DNA of 41,151 nt. Origin: Jimgerdemannia flammicorona (taxonomy: Eukaryota). A program made the position numbers and the translations under genes. The number at the start of each line of letters is the position of its first letter. Positions within the stretch are counted from its first letter, which is position 1. Where the stretch lies: positions 1-41,151 of the forward strand of contig RBNJ01000113.1 of assembly GCA_003990765.1 (NCBI GenBank), given 5' to 3'. The notes beneath the pieces are model-generated. The model was not told where the DNA came from. It saw only the letters and a list, made by a program, of their open reading frames with translations, and did no database searches. Positions 32,397-41,151 of the stretch are shown in pieces.

Positions 32397-34965
32397 ATAC
32401 AAACATATATATTGACAGATCAGTCTTCAACAGTTCACAGTACTGATGATGTTTCAAGTCAAACATCTCTGATAGTTCCACATCTTCTATGTAATCCTCA
32501 CTCTGAAATCTGGCAATATTGTACTAAGATAGGAGATAGTATTTATAACTATTGTAGGTAAAAAATTAAGATGTACCTATTAATATAACTGATACTTTTA
32601 TTTGATACATATATACATAATACTGTTTTATCCACCTCCATAAACTGCACTAGCTAGAAGTTCAAAATGCTTAGTAGTATAACTTTGAACATGTATTGAT
32701 ACATAAAAGCCAAGCACTTTGACAAAATCAAAAAGAACACAGAGACAAATAAAATCAACATCCAACTATAGTGAGTATGTTTATCTGAATTGCCTAACTA
32801 TTTCTATATCAACAACCACATTTAATCAAAAATATTTAGCCATACTCTTCAGCAGAATTTCGAAATCAGCTCATTTACTGGATTGTATGTACAGACCAGC
32901 CATTCACAACCATTAAGAGTGATCAATTACATAGTATCTTTGATCTCCTCAAGTATGATTTATATTTGCCAAGTACCAATACTATTTGCAAAGATGTCCT
33001 GAAGGTCTATAGAAAGGAGTATAATAATCTCTACCAGATACTTTAGGTAAAATAAGAGTAGTACCATGATCTTTGCAAGCTGAATTATATATATTTTTTT
33101 TTATAAAGAGCTCACCAATTTAACCACATATTCAATAAGCAGAATTCAGTAGGCAAAATTTTATTTATGATCAACACATGGACATTCTCCAATGTAATTT
33201 CATTTCTGAGCATTACCGGTTATTGAATTGATCTCAATTAACAGCTTAAATCTCTCACCCTTGACTTCATCAAACTTGCTGGCCCTTATTCTAGAGACAA
33301 CATTGCAGATACTTTTATTAGTTACATATATTTGGAAGCTTAGGATCACAACCAAGGTAAAAAAGGGGGGCTTGCTATCAGGTTGATATTTTGAGAGAAG
33401 TCTTAAAATAAAACAGATTTTATTAGTTATTTATTTTTGCATAAATTTGCTGACTGAATATTTTAAGTACAGATTTTGGCCATTATGATAGATAATGCTA
33501 CAAACAACTCAACATTTTTCTAAGTTTTAGCAGCCAGCCTCAAATAGGAAAATATGGCCTTCGGTACAGAAAGCTATCATATGTGATACCAGGCCCACAT
33601 ACTGAACCTCACTGTTTAGGACTATCTTATGTATATAGACAAAACATCCAAGAGAGGAGGGGCCCTGAGTATAATTTCCAAGCTGTACAAACTAGTTGTA
33701 TCAGTCTGATCATCTCCACAATAATAAGATAAATTCACTATATAGTATAGGGTAATCAGTTTAGCTCCGAAAGAGCTTATATTGAATGTCTATATATGTA
33801 TATTGGAACTCAACATTTGCAATGATCCAGCATGTGCTGGAGTTTGCTGTAATATGTATTCTTTTTTTCTTCAGTCAGTTGAAGTAACTTGTTTCAGATG
33901 ATTGAAGATTTTATTTTTTAAAAAAAAAAAAAACAAAAAAAGCCAATAGATTTAATAGTGTCTGCTGATAAGAAAATACAGAGTGAGGCTCTAGATGAAA
34001 GTAAGTGGGACATACTTAGGAATATTGTCAGAGTTTTGGAAGTAAGTAGTGATTGCTCTGGCTCTACACTCATTTTGTCTGCCTCTGTATAATGTAACAC
34101 CTTACTATATATAACTGCCAGTGTTTTGACAATTGTATGAAGGATATAGTCAAAAAAATAACTCTGACAATAAGCTCTACAATACCAGTATACAACCTTC
34201 TGATTAACTGGCTAGAGGATAAGCTTGAGGATAGACTGAAGAGTTGTGGTAATTTACAGTTAAGCCTGGATCAGAGAGATACTATGGAGGTTACTCTATG
34301 CAAGCTCAGAAAATACTACTCCAAAACAGATATTACTGTATACTCAATCAGTATAGATATGTTAGTGTGTGGTTATTGCCCCTTCCAAAATAGAGAAACT
34401 TCTGCAAAAACTCACTCTCTTTTCTCCAAACAGTGCTGGACCCATGCTTAAAGCTACAATACCATAAAGATTAGGGCTGGGAGCAGTACTTCATTGAGAG
34501 AACCAAGAAGGCTATAATCGAAGTATATCAAAAAAACTACATGCCACTGCAAGATTCTGGCTGAAGTCTGGATGAATATGCTGAGAGATTCCTTCTGTCT
34601 CACATTTACTTCAGCAGAAAGAGGAAGAGAGAGCCATCAGTGAAAGAGCTACTATCAATAGATGAACTTACCATTTACCTCACCAGTAACCACATAATTC
34701 TGTTAAAGGGTGCAGAGGTGCTCAACTAGTGGAAGGTGGGTTGTCAGGTGGGTATTGGATCAATTTAACCCACCAATCTAACCACCACTCTTATCTACCA
34801 GAGTATGCAGCTGTGTCAAACAGACTTCCCCAGTCTATATGGTATAGCTCAGAACTACCTGGTAATTCCTGCCTCCAGCACTCCCATTGAGAAGGTGTTC
34901 TCAGGTAGAGTGGACCTTATTGCCCCAAGGAGGTGTGCACTGAATGCTGAGACAATCTAGGTCTA
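32397..34965 (+). pseudogene. hAT transposase with introns (copy 1)
   Basis: BED finger remnant (SEIWQY...NYC, intron, ...HIKAKH), TWT at ~33176, DNATNN at 33491, AHILNL at ~33593, WNST at ~33804, and the dimerisation motif IPASSTPIEKVFS at ~34865. Exon boundaries are only partly resolved. Confidence 0.85.
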
Positions 34966-35144
34966 AAGTCTTGATGGAGCTTAGGCTGCTAAAATTTGGT
35001 GGGTCCTGGGAATTTATGGATAAGTTGGTTAGTCTTGTGGAATATTTAATATCTTTCAAAAATAAAAAGGAAAAAAAACCTGAGGACTTGGCCCAGAGTT
35101 TGCAGCTCAAGTAGAGCAGTAGTTAATGGGGTTGGTAGTAGTGG

Positions 35145-35850
35145 CAGAGGGAGCATGCAAAATTTGTGGTCCTCCACTGGTAGCAAGGAGTAGCCCCAAG
35201 CCACAAGTATCTAGGATGGGGTATTGGCAGAGAGGAGTAGGTGGAGAGAGCATGCAAAATTTGCAGCCCTCTGCTAGCAGCAAGGGGCAGCCCCAAGCTA
35301 TTAGTGCCCAGATCAGTGGGCAGGGTCAGTTGGCAGGGTCAGTTGGCAGAATTAGTTAGTGGGGTCAGTTGGTAGGATTGGTGGGCATGGGGTCAGTGGA
35401 GGGAGCATACAAAATTTGCAGCCCTTTACTGATAGCAAGGGGCAGCCTCAAGCCATAAGTGTCTGAGATGGGTAGGGCAGGTGGAGGGAGCATGCATAAT
35501 TTACAGCCCTCTACCAGCAGCATAGGGACAGTCCCAAGTCACTAAGGAGTCGGAGTCTAGATCAGAGAGTACTTCTGGTGGTTGAAGAGTGCTTCTGGCA
35601 GTCAGAGGGCATTTCTGGCAGTCAGAGGGTACTTCTGGCAGTCAGAGTCCACCACAGATTTGGGTCCCATGGGCCAAGAGGCTGGTAGGGCCCAGCATAA
35701 TAACTAAACTAGTGCTACAGAAGAGGCACTCAGCTGCTAGCTCAACCTGTACAAAATGACTGCTGAACTCTTACAAAAGACTGCCTAACCCTTACAAAAG
35801 ATTGCCTAACCCTTATGATAGATTGTCTAACCCTTATAAAAACTGCTCCA
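35145..35850 (+). repeat. Cluster of minisatellites inside the hAT
   Basis: Four ~55-bp modules GGAGGGAGCATGCAAAATTTGCAGCCC... (~35146, 35243, 35398, 35482), 20-bp CAGAGGGTACTTCTGGCAGT units (~35563-35648) and 21-22-bp CCTTACAAAAGACTGCCTAAC units (~35750-35850). Confidence 0.85.
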
Positions 35851-35859
35851 CCTGCTGGT

Positions 35860-37988
35860 CTCAGATCTTGATGAGCCTGTCATCTATTGTGAGTATGATG
35901 ACTATTGTGTCCAAGCTCTCCTTGAAGGTGATGATGTCATAGTGGTCATGTGGTTGGAATAGGACAGCTGTGTTGACCACAAACAGAACCTCAAAACTAT
36001 AGGTGAGGTCATACCAGACTCTACCACTATTCTTTCAGATTGGGCCCTTCCTTTCTGGGATATAGAACATTACTGGGGTGATATTGTTATCTATATATAT
36101 GGATAGAGAAACATTATATCTGATATATCCTGATGTGATACAAGTGTACAGTTGGGTGAACCCTTGGCCCAGGACCTCATACTGCTAGGCTGTACTAGTA
36201 GATGCCTACTCTTGGTCTAGCCCCAGGAGCCCCAGCTTAGAAACCTGTCAAAACAGATGGTAACCAGTTAGTTCTTTTTGTGTGTGGGGGGGTAGAAATC
36301 CCTCAGGCCACAGAAACCCCCCAGGCTACAGTATCCAAAAAAAGCAGAGTTCCTCACCTCATACAGTATGCTAAATTGTACCAAGAATGTACATATAGCT
36401 GTACTGAGATCACTATCAAGCTAGTCTGTTGTATACTCTACCAATCTGCTCAAAGAACCCCAGATCATAGCCACTATCACTACACAGATCATGTCATACT
36501 TGTATATAGTTTGCTCTTCAATAGTACTTCTAAAGTTCTGGTAGAGATACAGAATCTTATATATCTCTGGAATTGTATCAAAAAGAGTATGTCAGCAAAG
36601 AGTGTGATTTATCTGAAGAGGAGTAAAAAAAAGAGAGATGAGTGCAGGGAATTTTGAAACTCTGGAATCCACCCTTTACTAGTGTTGTAGTATACTCAAT
36701 TCTTATCCAAACCCCCCCCTTGCTTTTTTCACCCCCCCTTTTCTGCCACCCAGTATTTGATACAATTCTTGCAAATCTCATTAATATGGTAGTGAAGCTC
36801 ATTACTGTAGAGATTCCTTACCACCATCACAACTATCTCTCTGCATTCATTAATAATGATATGGTTCTCTTCATTGTTGGTTACTCCTGCTGGCCAATAG
36901 ACCCCTTGGTTGAGAATGATTGGCTCTGATTTGAATGTAGACCCCCAAGCCTTGGTAATGATACTGATACTACTTATGCTGAACATCTTGCCCTCAAATT
37001 TCTCTATTTGATCAGACATCAGATATGGTTGAACTTGAATAACTTTGAACTCTCCTTTCCAATAGAACTGAGCCCTGATATGAGGGACCAAGATAAGTAT
37101 GCAGATGGATTGCATGCAGATGGGTTATGTGTGGATGAGTTGTGTGCAAATGAGTTATATGCAAATGGGCTACATGTAGACAGATTGCATGTGAGCAGGT
37201 TGGTTGCATGCAGATGGGTTGTATGTAGGTGTAGATATTTTTTAAGGAGAGACTATGTAAAAAATGAAGTTAAATAAAACATAGAGATGAATATTTCAGA
37301 AAAAGAGTATGAGTGAGTAAGTGAGTGAGTTGCATGCTGACAAGTTACATACCAATGAGTTGCATGAGTTGTATAAGTTATATAAGATTGCTTATGAAGA
37401 CTTGCTTCTGTTCCTTTTGAGACCTCCACTATATAATGTATTGACTCAACAGCTCAGTCATCAAAGGCATACCTGCAACATCTGTCAGCCTTTCTTCATC
37501 TTGACCAAATGTTGTAAATAAAGTCAGCAGATCTCACTATAGAGCTGTGGACTCTAAAAAAAGCACAAGGTGAATTAGGTTATACTGAGGAAATTTAAAT
37601 AAATATAAGTAAACAAGTAGCAGCTGAGTGAGCAATCTACATCTACTATCAACTGCTCCAAAAAGGCTGCCATATACATAGCTATGAGGTCTGTAAATTC
37701 TGAGGTCCAATGGGCTACTGTAAGTTGTTACCAGAATTCTCTCTCATCTCTGCCATTGCTACTGCCATTACCACTGCTATTGCCATTGTCACTACCATCA
37801 CCACCACTATTGCTCCTTTGGCTCTTAATGAGCAGCTTGTATGCTGTCCATATGAGAAAGAATCTAACATTGTCAGCAGAGAGTGTATTTCCACCTTGAA
37901 TACTCTCTCTTTTGATGATTATTGCAGGGTAAAAAATGAGTAGACTGGACCAACATATAAATTAAGAGCTGCTGTTTTGTTTGCTCAT
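35860..37988 (-). pseudogene. Putative second (cargo) multi-exon gene of the hAT element
   Basis: ATG at 37988 (-) opens a frame of more than 120 codons with only two TAA stops. Further protein-like segments lie at 36729-37090 and 35861-36091. Exon structure is not resolved. Confidence 0.42.
37098..37232 (+). repeat. 15-bp tandem repeat, ~9 degenerate units
   Basis: ATGCAGATGG(A/G)TTG(C/T)-like units. Confidence 0.85.
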
Positions 37989-38279
37989 GATGTGGCAGAA
38001 AAGAACAAAGAAAAAAAAAACAAAGAAAAGAACAAAAGAAGGAGAGGGAACAAAAGGAAAGAGTGATGTTACCAAAGTGTGACAGGAAAAAAAAACAAGA
38101 GCAAAATAAACAAAAGAAAGGGTGATGTCACCAAAGATTTCAATCCAGATGGATTAATCCAGATCAATCCAGATCAATCCAGATCAGATCATGAGACCAA
38201 TCTGAGTTGATTCAAATCTATTACATGATGAATCTGAATCGAATCTCATCTGGATCAACTCTATCCATTCAGAGTACTA

Positions 38280-40150
38280 GTTTCCAAGTAGTATTATATT
38301 CAGGATAGTACATCTACTTAACTAGATATTTAGAACAATAATAGCAGATTCATTTGTTGAGGATTTTCTCAACTTCATACTTAATATGATCTTTAATAAT
38401 CATAGAGGTAGATAGCTTAGAAATTTAACCAGAGTAAAGCAGTGACTGGTTCTAGATCTTGAGGTGTGACATATGAAAGACTAGATATACTTTCATGATT
38501 TCAGATAGCTTGAGACAGTAGGAGGATATAGAGACTTGTTCAGTAATCTCAAAGAGTTCAATATACTTGAGTTGGAACTTATTCAATAAGTGGTTGACTT
38601 GAGATTATATCTTAAGGTTCTTAGTAGATAGTAGGACTTGATCATTAATAGTATAGGTAACATCTAACATTTCTTATCAGCATACTTGGCTTGATACTAT
38701 TGGGCCTTCTGGAGATTTACAGTAGTAATCTTAAGTAGCTCATCTATTTTATCTATAAAGTTCTTAATAGTAGAAACTTATATTTGACTGTTTTTCTTAA
38801 AAGGAACTAGACTTACATATAGAGGTCTCAGAATTTTGACCATAGAGTAGTTAAAAAGGAGAAAGACTGGTAGATAATTAGATAATATTATTATATATAA
38901 ATTCTACATAAGTTAAGTAGTGATCTCAATTATCTTACTTATAAGAAATATAATTCCTGAGTATTTGTTTTAAAGTTCTGTTTATATGCTCAGTTTGTCT
39001 ATCAGTTTGTAGTTAAAAGGTAGTAGATATAGTCAATTGGATTTCCAAAGTCTTGAAAAGAGTTTGTGAGAAGTAACTAATGAACTTAGAGTTATAGTTA
39101 CTAATAATTACTCATAGTAGACCATAGTAATATAAGATAGACTTGAAGATTCTTATAATCTCAGATGCAGTAACTTTAATAGTAATTGGTTTAGCAACTA
39201 TAGTTTTGGTCAGGTGGTCAATAAATATGATAATAGTATCAGTACTAGATTGAGTTTATAGTAGCTAAGTTATAAAGTCTATTATAACTTATTTGAATTT
39301 CTTGATTAGAATTGATAGTAGTTGTAGCAAACTAGCTAGTGCTTAGTTGGTAAACTTATTGCACTAATAAAGATTATAGCTAGCAATATAGTTCTTAATT
39401 TCCTTAACTATATTTAACTAATAGTAGTGATACTGAATATTCTTGATAGTTTTCTCAATTCTAAGGTAATCAGTAAGAGGGAAGTTATAGTGTTCTTATA
39501 GTATTATATAATATAGATTCATATTATCAAGTAGATAGACTTTGTCTTGATGATAAATCAGATTATCCTCAATAGTATATATATCCATGAGCTCATTTGA
39601 GAAAACTCTAATGACAACAATATCTTATTTATAAACTTGTCTGATTTAGTCTAGAAATTCAGATGCCAAAATAACTTATATAATTTAATGAGGTCTGGAC
39701 ATCTGAATAAAGTATCTGGTACTATAAGTATCTTGCCAGACTTGTAAATAATCATCAGATTAAAGGTTTGAAGCTTGAGGCTCTACTTAACTTATAGACA
39801 TAACAGAGTAGATTAGATATTGATATACTTAAGAGATTGATAATCAGTAATGATATCAAACTCAATATCTTCTAGATAATATCACTAGTGATCTAGTGCA
39901 TATATTATTATCAGTAGCTCCTTCTTATAGGTGGCTAGCTTTTGTTCAGCTAGGACTAACTTGTGGAACTCAAAGGCAATAGAGTGATACTCTTTACTAT
40001 CATCTTATAATAGGACTGCTCTAATGGTAAAATTTGATACATTAGTAGTAATGGTGAATTTCAGACTTAGATCTGTATTATGTAGGACTGGAGTATGGGT
40101 CAGATAGTTCTTAAGTTCTTGAAAGGCTTATTGATAGAAGAGGTCTCAGG
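38280..40150. other. Very AT/TpA-rich relic sequence, contiguous with 14044-14501 and 15139-15669 before the hAT insertions
   Basis: No ORFs of 60 aa or more, virtually no CpG and dense TAG/CTA. The TSDs show these three blocks were once adjacent. Its original identity is not recognisable. Confidence 0.55.
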
Positions 40151-40249
40151 TAGTGCTCCGAATGAGTCAATTTGAATCAAATCCGGATTCGATTCGTCAC
40201 ATGATGGTTTGATTCGAATCTCAAATCCAAAGCCATCCAGATCAACTCG

Positions 40250-40625
40250 GATTTAATCTGAATCGCCCCATCTGAATTGCCCCATCCAAATCACCCATCT
40301 GAATCACCCCATCCAAATCACCCATCCGAACCACCCCAATCCGAATCACTCAATCCAAATCACTCAATCCAAATTGCCCCATCCAAATTGCCCCATCCAA
40401 ATCACCCATCCGAATTACCCATCTGAACCACTCCAATCTGAACCACTCAATCTGAATCACTCAATCCGAATCACTCAATCCGAATCACTCAATCTGAATC
40501 ACTCAATCCGAATCACTCAATTCGAATCCTCCAATTTGAATCCTCCAATTCGAATCCTCCAATTCGAATCCTTCAATCCAAATCCTCATCTGAATCCTTC
40601 AACTGAATCCTCCAATCCAAATTCT
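40250..40625 (+). repeat. hAT subterminal ~14-bp tandem repeats (copy 2)
   Basis: ATCCGAATCACTCA / ATCCGAATCACCCC / ATTCGAATCCTCCA units. Confidence 0.9.
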
Positions 40626-40709
40626 CCACATGACTCATATGCTGGACATGTCCACAACACAATACACACACACGCATACACACACACACATACACATGTA
40701 CACGCAAAC

Positions 40710-41125
40710 ATGCAAACACACATATCGACAGATCAGTCTTCAACAGTTCACAGTACCGATGATGCTTCAAGTCAAACATCCCTGATAGTTCCACACCTTC
40801 CACGCAATCCTCGCTCCGAAATCTGGCAACATTGTACTAAGATAGGAGATGATGTTGTTTGTAATTATTGCAGGTAAAAAATTAAGACGCACCTATTGAC
40901 ACTTTGTTTTGACACACACATGATATTGTTTCATCCACCCCCATGAACTGCACCAGCCAGAAGTTCAAAATGCTTGGGGGTACGACTTCGAACATGAATC
41001 GACACATAAAAGACAAGCACTCTGACAAAATCAAAAAGAACACAGAGACAAATAAAATCGATATCCAAGCTGTGGTGGGTACGTTTATCCGATTGCCTGA
41101 CCATTTCTGTACCAACAACGCCATT
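40710..41125 (+). CDS. hAT transposase N-terminus with BED zinc finger split by an intron at 40874-40956 (partial)
   Basis: Removing GT...AG at 40874-40956 joins RSEIWQHCTKIGDDVVCNYC-S-QKFKMLGGTTSNMNRHIKDKH in frame. The start at ATG 40710 is inferred and the downstream frame is uncertain. Confidence 0.75.
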
Positions 41126-41151
41126 TAATCAAAAATTTTAGCCATACTCTT

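Larger units (their letters stand above)
15670..38279 (+). mobile_element. hAT DNA transposon (copy 1), carrying a nested LINE and gypsy element
   Basis: TIRs TAGTACTCCAAATG...CATTCAGAGTACTA. Degenerate 8-bp TSD ATTTTCAG/GTTTCCAA, with all mismatches being transitions. 15670-16139 and 32397-32850 align to 40151-41151. Confidence 0.87.
40151..41151 (+). mobile_element. hAT DNA transposon (copy 2), left end, runs off the window
   Basis: TIR TAGTGCTCCGAATG, subterminal repeats and a BED-finger exon. Colinear with copy 1 and retains CpGs. Confidence 0.9.

Noticed and set aside
35145-37232. Tandem repeats as a CRISPR array
   Set aside because: The units are degenerate and mostly contiguous, without regular unique spacers. 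The context is eukaryotic and there are no cas genes.
40374-40709. Repetitive N-terminus of the 167-aa ORF
   Set aside because: This is read-through of the 14-bp subterminal repeats and a CA tract. Only the part from ~40710 looks like transposase.

Overview
This is a eukaryotic, most likely fungal, transposon nest with no recognisable host gene. Almost all ORFs in the six-frame track are fragments of decayed element genes, broken mostly by C>T/G>A stop codons. (1) 44-14043: a head-to-head inverted dimer of an endonuclease-less Penelope-like retroelement (PLE). Each copy has a CCHC ORF1, an RT ORF2 joined by an A_AAA_AAC slippery site, ~700-bp terminal repeats and an outward-facing poly(A) end. 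The two arms join exactly at a 20-bp inverted repeat, as expected from fold-back priming. (2) A complete Ty1/copia element (3801-8765, 124-bp LTRs, TGAAG TSD) sits in the left arm. (3) A hAT-type foldback MITE lies at 14502-15138. (4) A hAT transposon (15670-38279) has an intron-containing transposase and a probable second, convergent gene. (5) Inside it is an apparently full-length L1/Tx1-like LINE (16140-32396). (6) Inside the LINE is a Ty3/gypsy chromovirus (19255-29627, GATTT TSD) with a dUTPase, a long extension upstream of gag, and ~2-kb LTRs that each carry a ~365-codon ORF of unknown function. (7) A younger copy of the same hAT starts at 40151 and runs off the window. The most notable observations are the fold-back PLE dimer, the LTR-encoded gene, the hAT cargo gene and three independent TA>TACATA insertions that look like Tc1/mariner excision footprints. 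All alignments and motif calls were made by eye; no database searches were run.
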